Source of the DNA: Spizellomyces punctatus DAOM BR117
Lineage: Eukaryota
Reading direction: 5' to 3' (one strand)
Length of the DNA stretch: 64,000 nt
NCBI GenBank assembly: GCA_000182565.2
Contig: KQ257457.1
Below are positions 36,989 to 50,820 of this stretch, one piece after another. The translations under genes and the position numbers were made by a program. Position 1 is the stretch's first letter; the number at the start of each line of letters is the position of its first letter. Below the pieces are notes generated by a model. It searched no databases, was not told where the DNA came from, and saw only the letters and a list, made by a program, of their open reading frames with translations.

Positions 36989-37741
36989 ATGTCTGTTCCA
37001 AAGGTATTTCATTAATACATTTATTTGTATGTATGTATGAGGCTTGACTCTTATTTTTATGCAGATACCCACACTCGATACCTATGATGCCGTCTGGTCC
37101 TGGAATCCGCTAGCTTCTCGCACTCTGCCGCAACCCTCGTTTGAAGCACTAACGGGTCTCTCTTACTCGGACTATCAGAGTGGATGGCTGACGGCAGTCC
37201 ATCCCTCGGACAGACATGCCCTCCTCCAACACGCCCTCCCCTCTTCTTCTAGTAACACTACCATTCCTGTTGGTCGTTCATGGCGTACGACGACACGCAT
37301 CCGCTGCAAAACACACTATGTCCGCGCATGTCTGAACGCAACCTGGCTCAACAATGCCTGGATAATTGGTTGTCTGGTCCTCGACGAACTGGTTTTGGAT
37401 GTCAACGAGGTCTTGAGCAGAGGAGGTGTCATGGGCAAATTGGTCCGTGAAAAGGATTGGTCTTGTACAGAATTGGGATGTGTCCAACAATGGTCTTCAA
37501 GTCTCGTCACCGCAGTCTCGTTTCTTTTGCGCTCTGCTTTTCCTTTCATTCTCTTTTGGGGTCCCTCTCGTTGTGTCATTTACAATGATGGGTAAGAAGG
37601 TCGACCCAATGTGTTGGCGAGAGGACGCAAATAGCATAGTGCACGACAGAAAAGAGGAGAGAGGGGAGATTAGCATGGAGCAAGGGGTGGGAGATGAAAG
37701 GGGATGGATCAGCTGTCACCTCGAACGGCTGTCGCTACGAG

Positions 37742-37775
<34 letters not shown>

Positions 37776-40700
37776 TCTCTCCTATGGGATGCGCATGCTT
37801 GATGTGTGTAGTGAGATATCCCCACTGACAGTTTTTCCCCCAGATACATTCCCATTTTCGGCACGAAACACCCACACATTCTCGGCGCACCGGCTTTCGA
37901 AGCCTGGGGAGAAGTCTGGGACGTGATTGCTCCCATGTTGGATCAAACTTTTGCAGGCGAGGTTTGTTACCGTCCTGTAATCATTTTGTGCAATCAAAAG
38001 CGTTTATATGCATTATGGGAACAGGCAACCTGGTCAGAGGATCAATTGTTGTTGCTCACTCGATCGGGTTATGTAGAAGGTATGTGGCTATCAAAGAGTG
38101 TTTGATGTACGGGCGTTTGCTTATGCCAATGTTTTGTTTTGTCATTTTAGAGTAAGTCCTATGTGTTCCTCCCGTCCCCTTTACAAAATCTTATTCCTTG
38201 ACGAACGATGCAGATGCTACTTTACGTGGTCCTACTCTCCTGTCCGGAACGAGGACGGATCCGTCGGTGGTGCCATGACACCCGTACGTAGACGGCTTCC
38301 CCCCCGCATTGCTCTCTTCCTCGCCCTCACAAAAAATAAATTCTAGATTACAGAAACGACACAGCGCGTCCTAAGTGAACGCCGCCTCTTACTTTTGCGT
38401 GAACTCGGAGCTGTCACGGGAAATGTCCAATCCGAGGAAGAAGCTTGCACACTTGCCGCCAACGTGTTCCGAGAGCAGTCTGCAGATTTACCTTTTACAT
38501 TAATTTACATCTTGGATCCCACAAGACAAGTGGTATGTAAATCCACCTCATCATTCCCTCTCATTTCCTCATCACCTATTGTACCGCAAAAATAGTTGGT
38601 TCTACGCGAATCCACCCACCTTTCACCTGGACATTCAGCCTGCATCCCCGAACTCCCCATCACAACCACCACCCCCTGGCCCTTCTCCCAAGTCCTCACA
38701 ACCCGCACGCGCCTTGAACTCGATTTAACCACCTTGCCTCACTCTTTTCCTGGCCGATCCATAAGCGGCACTCATTCCCCTTGCACACACGCCCTTCTCC
38801 TTCCTATCGGCGAACAAGACCCGATGGGTGTTTTTATTGCGGGTGTGAATCCCCTAAGAGCTCTTGATGCGAATTACAAGTTTTTTATGGAACAGGCTCG
38901 GGCGCAACTTGCTGCGGCGATGAGTACGGGAAGGGCGTATCGGGAGGAGAAAAAGAGGGCAGAGGCTTTGGCTGAGGTAAGGTCGGGATTGGAAAAATTA
39001 CTCTATGATTAAAAAAGGAAAACTAATGTTTTGCTCTTTTAAAGATTGACCGAGCCAAAACTGCTGTATGTCTTTTCTTTGTTTTTACTTGTCCTTTCTG
39101 TTTTGTTCCTAATCTTTATCTATTTTCCAACTTTATTTATCTGTGTGTTTCCTTTGATGACATATCTCGGCGTACTCAAATCTGCGTACTCGAATATGAC
39201 GGCATGGATTTCCTCTGTGATTTCCTTCGCCATCAATGACTTCGGTTTTCGCACATGCCTCGGCGCGTATGTCCGCATTATTCGGTTGGACCGTATTTCA
39301 TAAACGAATTTGATCGCTTATCGGTATACGTTCTGTGCTCATATTGGGGTCAACGGATATTGCAATTGTCGTTGACCTACGCCCTCGACACACGTGAATA
39401 TTGTATCGCTCTCTGGCTTGTATTGATATCCAACCAACAAACATGCACCCGTACAGTTCTTTAGCAACGTATCCCACGAATTTCGAACGCCCCTCACCCT
39501 CATCCTCGGGCCCCTCTCCGACGTCCTCGACGATCCAACCCTCTCTTCCAGCCACCGCGACGCCCTCCAAGTTATGCACCGCAACTCCCTCCGTCTCTTA
39601 AAACTCGTCAACTCTATCCTCGACTTTTCACGTATCGAAGCAGGACGAATGCAAGCTTTGTATAAACCGACCGATTTAGGGATAGCGACAGCAAATGCTG
39701 CGTCCATGTTTCGAGCCGCGATAGAAAAGGCGGGATTAGAGTTTGTTGTGGATGTCTGTGAAGGGGAGGAGGTGTATGTTGATCTTGATATGTAAGTCAT
39801 TTGCTCCCATTTTTTTGGCTCGTTTGTATGTGGTATTTTACTAGTTTTTTGTATTTCGTTAAAATACCAGGTGGGAGAAGATTGTTTTTAATCTCCTCTC
39901 CAACGCCTTTAAAAACACTCTGAAAGGCGGCATTTACGTCCACCTAGCCTCGAATCCTACGACCCTCTCCCTGTCTGTCCGCGACACGGGGTGCGGCGTC
40001 CCCGAAACCGACCTCACCCGCCTCTTTGAACGATTTTATCGCGCAGACACCTCCCACGGCCGAAGCCACGAAGGAACCGGCATTGGACTAGCCCTCACAC
40101 TCGAACTCGCCAAACTCCACGGCGGGACAATAGACGTGTCAAGCACCGTTGGTACGGGTACGATATTCACGGTTCATATCCCCCGTGGTAAGAACCACCT
40201 CCCTCCTGACCGCATCCAAGAGTCGGATGTGACCCAAACCACGGGAACAAACACCATTGGCGAAAGCTTTGTTGCAGAAGCTTTACGCTGGTCGGATCCA
40301 CCTGATTTAGGTCCTTCTCCGCCGACACGACTTTTGACGCCACCGCTTTCGGTATCGGATACCGATGACGATCGGCCACGGATTTTGTTGGCGGATGATA
40401 ATGCTGATATGAGGAGTTATGTGTCTGGGTTGTTGCGTGCTTGTGTGGTGAGGGTTGTTGCGGATGGTGTGGAGGCTTATGAATGGGCAGTGCGTGAACC
40501 GCCCGATTTGATTTTGAGGCAAGTATATTTATTGAGATTTTTTTGGATGTAGCGGGTGGGTGGTGTGAGGTGTGATCATGCACTTTGCCCCATCGGAAAT
40601 TCGTTTGTGTTGAGATACGAACGAATTTACCCTTTTCCAGCAAAAAGTCTTACCTTCTTTTATTTAGCGACGTCATGATGCCCCGCATGAACGGTTTCGA

Positions 40701-43238
40701 ACTTTTGGCCCGCATTAAATCCCACCCAATTCTCAAATCCATCCCCTTTATCCTCCTCTCCGCCCGAGCAGGAGACGAAGCTCGCGTCGAAGGCCTCCAA
40801 GCCGGCGCAGACGACTACCTCGTCAAACCCTTTTCAGCCCGTGAACTCCGCGCCCGCATCAAAACCCACCTCGACCTCGGTCGCCTCCGAGGAGAACTCG
40901 AACGCCTAGTCCAACAACGTACTGCAGCTTTAGCTGAAAGTGAACGACGATACCGCCTTTTAGCCGATCTCGCTCCTGTTGGTATCCTCCAAGCTGACCC
41001 TACCGGCCATATTGAATTCACCAATGACCGATGGTGGCATATCCTTGGCCGTGATCGAACAAATTACCACCCCACTGACTGGGAATCCTTTGTTCACCCC
41101 GACGACCGGACCCTCATGTCCACCAACTGGTCCAACGCCCTCTCCAAACTCCAGCCCTATCAAATTGAGTGTAGGTGCATTACGGAAGGGGGATCCATTG
41201 TGCATGTCATGACGGAGGGTGTACCGGATGTAGTACTGAAATCGGATGGAACGACCGAGCATCGGGGGTGGTACCTTGCGACGATTGATATTTCGGAACG
41301 GAAGGCGTTGGAAGCTGAGCGGTTGGATAGGTTGAGGAATGCGGAGGCTGAGCAGAGGAAAAGGGCTGAAGAGGCTGAAGAGAATCGAAGGCATCAGGAA
41401 ATGGTATGTTTTTTAAGAGTGACATTGGCTATTTCTTTCATTCTTACATGATATCCTCTCTCTTTTTTGGTCTTGTTTTTTTCACTTTGATGCACTTTGC
41501 ACATGCATTCTATTCGTATCGCACGAAATCCGTTCCTGTTGTTTCACTCAGTTTATTGACATGATTTGTCACGAAATCCGTAACCCTCTCAACGGCGTCA
41601 TCAACAATGCCGATCTCGTCCGTCTAAACCTCCGAAGCCGCCGCACGCTCTGCGAAATTCTCTGGAAAATCGCCCAGTCGCACGCAGATCTCGTCCCACC
41701 CGCTCTCGCCCAATCCACCTGGACACAATGGACACAAGACCTCGAAGCCATTGACGCGATTGAAATGTGCACCCGGCATCAAAAGGTCATTACGGACGAT
41801 GTATTGAATCTGTCTAAACTCCGATCAGAACGTATCGTCCTTGCACCTATTCAATGTTCCCCCGAGCAAGTCACCTTAGCTGTCATACGCATGTTTTCCG
41901 CCGAACTCCGACGCAAAAAAATCGAATGTACTGCATACCGTGTTCATGGACATCTTCCGGACCCACCACCTCCCAAAACCACCCTCCTCAACACCTACCA
42001 CGTTACACCCATCACCACTGACTCCCAAACAACAACCGTTCTAATCGACCCAGACCGGCTTAGTCAAGTATTATTCAATTTAGTGAGCAATGCTATTAAA
42101 TTTGCGAATACGAATCCGAGGTTGGATCCGGGGATTGCTACGCCTTTTTCGAGTTTACCTTGTGTGATGCATTCGAGGATTACGATTTTTTTGGAGTATA
42201 CTTGGGGGGCTCCTGTGTTGCCCTTATCGTCGGCTTTGTCACCATCATCCTCGTCATCTTGCGTGGCATCTACCTCTCCATCACACTCTACCCAATGTCC
42301 TCCTCCTCATTCGACTACTACGGCTACTATCACAAATTCTACCACCACTCATCATTCAACACCTCCAACCCACCTCCTAATAACCATCCACGACAACGGC
42401 AAAGGCATGACCGAAACAGACGAATCCGCCCTTCAAGCCTCCACACCCGCCAACCTAAAGACCTATCGAGATTATACCAGTAATGCATTAGGATTATTCA
42501 TTTGTAAGCAATTTGTGGATATTATGGGAGGTTGGATTTCTGTTGAGAGGTGTGCGGAGGGGACTGAGATTCGAGTGTGCTTTTTGGTCGGAAATGTTTC
42601 TGTGTCGCCTCCTTCTCCTCTTGTTTTATCGTCTTCGTCTACTTCTCTCCCTTCCCTCGATCGGAAATCTGTATTAGATTCATCACAAGATCTTCCCCCA
42701 ACAAATTTATCTGTCCTAAGTACGTTATTCCATGTTCACAAATCCACTTGTCATCGTTTTACTTACACTTACCAAAAAATATGTTGATAGTTGTGGAAGA
42801 TAACCTCGTCAATCAACGCGTTCTAAAACGACAGCTAGATTTAGCGGGGTTTAAATCCCAAGTAGCCAATAACGGAGCAGAAGCAGTTGAAATGACCGAG
42901 AAAGAGCAATTTGATGTCGTTATTATGGATTTAGAGGTTCGCCTTTTCTTGTCCCGATCCGTCTTTTTCTCTCCCCCCGCTGATTAGGTTCTTTTTTTTT
43001 TGGTTTCTTTTAGATGCCTGTTATGGACGGCTTGGAAGCAACACAACGCATACGAGCCCGTGAAGCCCATCTCCCTCGTTCATTACGACATACCCCCATA
43101 CTAGGATTATCTGGGAATGCGAGACGAGAGTTTCAGGAAAAAGCTTTGGGTGTTGGAATGAATCGATTTATGGTTAAACCGTATGATCGGAAGGAGTTGG
43201 TGGGGTGTTTGGTCGGGTTGGTGGGGCAAGGACGGTAA
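36989..43238 (+). CDS. Dual hybrid histidine kinase: PAS/GAF-HisKA-HATPase-REC-PAS-HisKA-HATPase-REC
   Basis: FFSNVSHEFRTPLTLI, NLLSNAFK, DTGCG..GTGIGL, ILLADDNADMR..DVMMPRMNG..KPF, PAS VHPDD, ICHEIRNPLNG, NLVSNAIKF, VEDNLVNQ..MDLE|MPVMDG..KPY. Confidence 0.93.
37743..37772. repeat. (CT)n microsatellite in a histidine kinase intron
   Basis: ctctctctct run. Confidence 0.9.
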
Positions 43239-43514
43239 AAGATGGAATGTTGGGGAGGAGTTTTTCTTGGTTGGATGTGTATCTATGTATGTGTGGGAGG
43301 GGACTGTTTTTGTGCTTTTTATTCTTTTTTGGTGCATTTTATTTTTATCGTTATTTATTCCATTCTCTCTCTCGCTTCTTTCTGTATTTGTCTATTTTAA
43401 TTGTTGGAGCTGATGATCGCATGCACTCAAGTATCATATTCAACCCGTAACAAACACTCAATATTTGCAAGAATAGACTATATATATAAAACATGCTTCA
43501 AAACCGACAACCCA

Positions 43515-46500
43515 TCAAAGAACAAACAAGAACCGTAAATCCTCTTCCGACAACTACAAAAACTCCAAGTCAGCAAAACCAATCATCTTTTCACAATCAT
43601 CACACGCGTTTTTTCTCACCTTTGCAAGCGCATCCATATCCTTCCCAACCGTCGACTCAAATAAAGCTTTTTTCTTTTCTTGAAGTTGCAGAATACGCGA
43701 TTCAATAGAGTTTTCGATAATCATTCTGCAAAGATTTTTTGTTGTTGTTGTTATATACTGTAATAGTCTTGCGATAGGTTACATAAATATGCAGGGAAGG
43801 TTTCTTACCGAGTGATTTTAATGGGTCGGTATTGTCCTAACCGATGAATTCGGTCAAAGGCTTGGTCTTCAACAGCCGGATTCCACCACGGATCCATCAC
43901 TACATAATAAAACCAAAGAAAAAAAATCCATGAGAAAAACAATCCTGCTCAAACCAATCATGCAATAAAGTTGATCACGTACCAAACACCCGACTCGCTT
44001 CAGTCAAATTCAATGCAACACCTCCAGCCTTGAGCGACACCAAAAACACCGTCACAGTCGGATCAGTCATAAAGCTTTTAATCACCGTGTCCCGCTGTTG
44101 GGGAGCCATACGTCCATCAAGTTTAACGACATTGAATCCAGCCCGGGAGAGACGCCATTGAATGAGATCTAAAAAGGCGACGAATTGGGAAAAGACGATG
44201 GATTTGGAGGTCGAGTCGTCTCGTTGGAGGGCGGTGAGTTCTTCAACGAGAGCTGTTTTTCACACGAGTACAAATGTTAACAAATTTTATGAAACCGTGA
44301 TAAAAATGATTCAGTGCAGGACTCTGAGTACTTACCCTCAATCTTGGAGCTGCTCCGCCATTTCGCCATGTCAATATAATTTACGATACTACTCTTTATC
44401 CCCTCTCCACCAGATTTAGGTATCACCTGCGGTTGTGACAAATCAATCGTCAACGGCTTATAACACATGGGACATGTCGGCGTATCCTCGTCGGGGGCAC
44501 TCTGAATATACTGTCGCGCATCTTCACGACAAAACACGTGTTTGCATTTACTCATGATGGGATCTTCGGCTTCTTCGTGGCATATACCACACACAAGGTG
44601 TTCTGTAGCCGTGTTGGAGGCAATGGCCACTCGGGTGGTCACAAGATCGGGATGGTTGACGGCCAATCGCATACGTGAGAGCAACGAGAAAATGGAGGCA
44701 TAGTTGTTCAAGACAGTATGGTTCGACACGTAGGTAGAAAATGTACGCGCCGAGTCAGAATACAAACTCTCATACAATTCTTCTTCAGCGTCGTTGAAAA
44801 CGTCCCTTCGAACCGTGACAACTCGGGGCGGCAATCCAAGCTCCTCGGTGCGTTCCAGTTTTGTTCGCCGTAACATGATGCGATCCAATAGACATCCCAG
44901 CTTCTTGAACCCCACCAGACCTTCGCCTTCTGCACCGTACTTTTGGATCGGCTTCAAAATCTCTGAATTCCACCAACAAAAATGTTGATGGCTAATGTGT
45001 CCGCACCCATCACAATGCTTCCGATCCGTAAACGACCACGTCTGCATTTTGCATGGGCACTTTTTGCAAAAGTAGTAACTAAATGGATCACAGTTCATGA
45101 AACGAATCAAGGAATATAACTCTCCCACACGGTTCTGCAATGGCGTTCCAGAGAGGGACCATTGTTTCTGGCGTTTGAGAGCAAATACTGCACGTGCGGT
45201 GGAACAACTGCGGTCCTTGATCGCATGCGCTTCATCTAAAACAACGCGAGCCCAGTTCACCGAGTGAAGAAGCGAAGGTTCTTTGATCGTTTCACCTTTT
45301 CGTTTGAAGCCGTACTGCATCTTACGAAAGCCCTGCTCAATAATAGCATAGGTGGAGAGAACAACGTCGTACGATTCAACTTCTTCTCGCGTGGTGGGCC
45401 TGTTATTGCCATGGAAGAGAAGGACTTTAAATGTTCCCGGCGTCGTCCGCTCCCTTAACTCAGCTAACCATTGCATAATGGCGACGGTAGGGCTGAGGAT
45501 CAGGTTTGGCTTCATCCGCTTTGACACCAGCAAAGAAATCATCTGAATTGTCTTGCCCATTCCCATTTCGTCTGCCAAAATACCTCCGCCGAATCGACCG
45601 CGTTCTTGTTCGAGTAACCAAAACAAACCCTCACGTTGGAATGGGAGCAGCTTTACATTCACGTCTTGCGGTTGCTCAGCCTGTTGAGGGACGATCACCT
45701 GAACTTCCTTTTCCAATTGCTCCCAAACTGTAACAAGTTCAGGATGGAAATCATACGTCCCTTTTGTGTCCTTTTTCGCTTGTCGACGGGCGGCTGCTGC
45801 TGCCCCACGGCCTCTCCGGCGGCGTGTGGGGGGCGCACTGATAGGGGCTGCTGTTTCCTCAGTCTCTTCGTCCTCTGCTTCTTCCTCTGCCTCTGCGTCT
45901 GATAATCGCACCGAGCCAAGATCAAAGTCACTGTCGCTGTCGTCTGAAACTACAGCAGGTTTCCGCCGCGAAGCGGAAGCTTTGCGCACGGATAAGGGCT
46001 CATCGCTGTCATCATTCTCGTCGACATTTGAATTGCTTCTGATGGTTGTCCTCCTCCGTGCAGGAGCCTTTTGTTTTGCGCCCTTTCTTGCGCCGACGCT
46101 TCGCTTAGGTTTTGACGGCTGTGACGGACCGGCACCATTTTCTGACACGTTATCTTCAAAGTCAAATGAACCCGTGTCCACTTCGCTCAGTGAAGACACT
46201 TCATCATCAGATATTATCTTTCCTTTGCCTTTCATGGATGGTAGTCTCAGCTTCCGTTTTGTGGAAAGTGGTATAGAGTCGTCTGAGTCACTTAATACAA
46301 GGATACTGGTATTGAGCTTGGTCGGGGTAGCTGCTGATTCCTCATTTTCTTCGCTTTCCAAAGGACCGGCGGCGACAGGGCCGTCATCCGCATTCACGTC
46401 TTGGGCAGTCTCCATCCCTTCCAGATCCTGAGCCTTAATCCGCAAAGCTGAGGTGCGTCGGGAAAGGCGGGGTGTTCGAGGTGCAGCGTCGTTTCTAACT

Positions 46501-46949
46501 GAAGAGCGACGAGATCTTCTTGTCGTAGGGGTTGTTGGAACTTCAGGAAGATTTGTCGACGTTCGCACCTGTAAGCGAGGTGTCGCAGGTCCATCTGTTA
46601 CCGTATAATCTGTCACTTTGCGTGATACTGCACGACGACGTTTTGATGGTAATGGCTGTTCTTCTTCTGTTGCCTCATCTAAAGGCACATCGAAATTCAC
46701 GTCATCCGTCCGAATGGTTGAGCTGCTGCGGGAACGAGCCGCAGCCCTCGTCAGTCGGCGACTCGTAGATCTGCCTCCTTCTGTATCTTCATCCCCTCTT
46801 CGTCTCTTTGCGTCTTCTACAATCACCTCTATAGTAAGCGAATGAGACCTTTTCCGCGACCGTGTGGCCGAAGCCGTACTTGGAGCCTCTGAAGACGAAG
46901 CATCCAGAGACGGTGGAGTTCCTGGATCACTTCCAATTGGTAGAGTCAT
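43515..46949 (-). CDS. RAD16: Rad16-type SNF2/RING nucleotide excision repair ATPase
   Basis: [116 protein letters not shown]. Start taken at the first in-frame ATG. Confidence 0.93.
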
Positions 46950-47936
46950 GGGTGCAGAACCTGCTGACCTTGTCAAAGCCGTGTGCGTGTCACAGTACTG
47001 CGAATGTCGCAATTCGTAGCCGCCGCTTGCAAACTATCGTAGCTATGAAACACAGTGGGACCGCAACACTAAAGATACTGGCTGCTCTGTCGTAGGCTAA
47101 GACACAATAAACGAGTTTGCTGAATGTACGACGAAGGGTATAAACCTAGAACCAGTGCACACTTCTCCGCATGAGCATACATGTTTACAATACGGATATT
47201 CCATGGCTCGACCACCTACCTCTTCATTCGTAGTCTGCTCGTTCTACAACCTTACCTTGTACCAATGTCGCTCCACCGTCGACGACTATGGCACTGTGCG
47301 ATGGCCACCTGTTCAGCAAACCTGGGGTCCTGCCAAAGGCCTCGCTAGGGCACGGAAAGCCAAACTCAGACACCACCCTCAGTAGTTGCCAAGATACGCT
47401 AATGGAGTTGTTGTGGACACTCAAATTTAAATGAAGATACCAGCCACCTCACAGGAATTGGTAAGCGGAGTCTAAGCCTTTTCCGATCACTTTTTGTTAT
47501 TTCCAAGCATTTGCTTTCAATGCAAGACGATATCTTTTGGGAATATGGTGGTTTATGGTGGGATGTGGGTGAATATTTGGTACATTTTGAATGTTGGTCC
47601 TCACCCGCTGCTTTATTTACGTGCATGAGCAGCACACCCCTATCATGACGTTACAGTTCTTCAAGGCATTTTCAATGTTTGCTGATGTTGATAATCCTCC
47701 ACTGTCCAATCGACTTCACAACACGGTATATTTTTCAAAACCACACTATAATAGCTACTCACAACTACAAATCCATTCAACGTAACCGATCGTCCAAAAC
47801 CCTCATCCAAGCATACCCGAGAACAACCAAGTTTCTGTCACCTCTACACTAAACATACATCTCCAGAATATGATTAAAACACGCGACATGGCTGGTCCCA
47901 AGTCTAAATACAAAAGTCCACCAGGTGGATATCCCG

Positions 47937-49840
47937 TTATGTTGATGCCTCGCCCGATTGGATGGGCTCCGTAACTGCTGTCTTCACTCCAGAGGTTTTG
48001 GGATTTGTGTCCTTTTTCTTGGGAATATGAAGACACGTCAATGGAAAGATCCCCCGTTTGTGAGTCCGGACGTTCCAGCCATATGCCCAACCTTGGTGAT
48101 GAACCAGCACATCCAGGTCAGTTCACTGCTCAACATGAGGCACGAACCCACTGTCAAAACCCGCTACTTACCATCCCTAAAAACCTGCTCCACAAGCATC
48201 CCGTCCCCCCCACCCACCTCAATTTCGTCTTTTAAATCAGGCGTGTGGGTGTAAATCGCGTAAAACAATGCTGGACGTTCGTTGACTGCGTCTACCTCAG
48301 GGGCCTGCGACGAGTACATTCCCACCACGCGGCCCACGCTGGATGCCTCTGATACACCACTTTGAGGGCGGTAGTTATGCGGGTAATATTGCATACTGGT
48401 ATGTGTGTAGCGACTGTGAGGTGAGGAGCGATCAGTCTGTACGGCCGCAGGTGGTGGTCCAATCCCGCTCATACGAGGTACGTTTGTGCGGTGGACCGTC
48501 CTGACATTGGGGCTAGTTTGAGTTGCGGACGTAGTCGATGCAATTCGCGGACGTCGAATTGTGTCGCTCCTGGTTAATGTTGAAGAACCTGCCAAAAGTG
48601 ATGGAGCAAGTTCCGAAAAGATGCTCGCATGACGGCACAAGTCTGGACGTAACAGAGATGGCGCCGTGCTCTCCGGTTCATCTGCAGTATGCGAAGTCCC
48701 ATGTGCCCCTTTGCCAACCTCTACCGCGGTTGGCACCTTTTGGTGTTCCGGTGGCTGGGAACTTGTCACCGCGGCTTGCTTTCCCTGTGAATCGGCTGCG
48801 TTTTCAACACTTTCTTCGTCTACCGCGGTACCATCTTCTGGATTTAAAATCAGTGTCTCATCCGATGAATCTGACCTAATAGATGTTCTTGGGGCATTGT
48901 GTACAGAGACCTCCGGTGGATCAGGAGTCGTGTGATGAACCCACTTTTCAGTGTAACTATGTCGGGCAGGCCGGCGCGCGGACTGTGGAGTGTCTGATGG
49001 GGCCGTCTGATTTGGGCTAATCTGGACTGAATGCGAACGTTCCTCGCTCGGCATAGGTTGCTCTGCTGGTTGAACGGATTGCGGAGATGGTTCAGTCGCC
49101 GCTTCAGGACTTCCGTAGGTCACTGCACTCTCTTTCTGAGCTTCTTTTTGTGAATCATACCTAGATTCCGCATCATCGTCCATGACGGTTTCGATAGCAC
49201 GGTTGCTATCCCTGCCATTGAGAAACACGGATCCTACCGTTTGTGCTTTATCCCACTCAACCCCACTTCCCAAATCAACACTAACAAATTGTGCTTGCAA
49301 CTTTTTGCTCCGACGTTTTCGTCTATACGTCACAAAACAAGAGAAGCAAAGGCATCCCAGAACAGTCAGAAAAACTACTGCCGCCGCCGCTGCAGAAATA
49401 ATGAGAACAACTGTGTGTCCAACGACTGCGCCATTACGATCGGCAGCAGCGGATTCAGAAGGCACAGCAGATGGTTTCGGTATGGATAGGATGGGAGTGA
49501 GGGTTGGGGATGTTGCGGGCGGGAGAACCTTGATCGTAGCACTGGGCTGCGTGGTGATCAACGTTGGGAAGGGAATTGAAGGGAAAGACGTCGAAGTTAT
49601 ACGGGAAGACCGATTAATCGACGTTGTAGCCAAAGACAAGAACGAGGCAGTTGAGAAGGACGTATTACGAGACACAGTAGGTATGCCTGATGGAGCCAGC
49701 AACGCACTCGCTGTCGTCGACAAAGCAGTTACATTCTGTGTATTTTGTGTCGCCGCAGATAAGCTTCTTACACGGCTGCTCACTGTCGGGCTGCCTGCCA
49801 AGCGTGTGGTCGTTGAATTCGGGCTCTGGCGACGCTCCAT
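47937..49840 (-). CDS. Single-pass membrane protein: Ser/Thr-rich ectodomain, TM, disordered tail, C-terminal SH3
   Basis: TM VVLIISAAAAAVVFLTVLGCLCF + RRKRR. SH3 YAIYTHTPDLKDEIEV..D|GWAYGWNVRTHKRGIFPLTCL across an intron at ~48095-48170. Start may lie further upstream. Confidence 0.82.
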
Positions 49841-50820
49841 GGTGAATTGAGTGGTGCGAATACTAAAAAGCGTTTAGGAACTCTGTTTCCCGCCGGACTT
49901 TGAAGCCGCACACCAACAGCGGTACGTATGACAAGAGCAAAAAGCCGTAAACACTGTAAACCCGCCAACGCAGAGGGAAGCAGTCTAAAAACGCGGGAAG
50001 CCAGGTAGGATATGGCCCACCCGTTGAAATGGGACGATATTCTTCTTTTTAGCATTATATCTCGATCCCTGTTAAGGTTCAGTAGAAGAAGGTTGCTGTT
50101 ACTTCGACATGATGGCATTTTGTGAGAATTTCGAAGGTGCGCCTCCCTTTGCAGACCTTTTTGCAAACAGCTGCGCACTTGCGGACGCGTTGTTCGACCG
50201 GAGTGTGAAAATGCCCTCAACGTTCTATGAGGTAACGTAAGCTAGAACGTGACACGTGAATCCCTCAGCAAATGCAAAAGGCAAATCCAACAAAGGTTTG
50301 ATGCCAGAACTCGTCTTGCTCCGACGCAAGATCTGCAAGAACCTGCGATGCATCCTCCAACGGCAACGCACGTCATGCATGTCAAGCATGTCATCCAAAC
50401 GTCCCATCACAGCAGTCTATGACCGGGAAGAGTTCCGTAAACATTTCAGTAAAATACCTGAATCCCTCGCGGGTATCGCCTAGCACAGGTTACCGCTCAT
50501 GACTGTTCAATACATCATACCACGAACCAAAATAAAATGTGACAAGATCTATTCTACCCCCATGCCTGACAAGGGTTGCTAAAAGAATGGCTTCACCTTG
50601 TGATTACATGGGGAAAATAAAACACAATGGGACTATATCCTGCTGGATATGCCAGTGTCATGGTATCTTGTCTGGCCTCATAGGTTCCGCACAAAGCTGA
50701 AGGAAGTGTTCTGATAGTCCCAAAGAGCTAAGCCACAACAACCATGTGGCAAGTCAGTAATCGCGCTGTCGTAACAAGACTTACCACCTTGATCCCCCAT
50801 CCTGCATCTTTCCCTTCCCC

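Noticed and set aside
39345..39380. Hairpin GGTCAACG..CGTTGACC in a long histidine kinase intron
   Set aside because: Single occurrence with no covariation evidence; could arise by chance.
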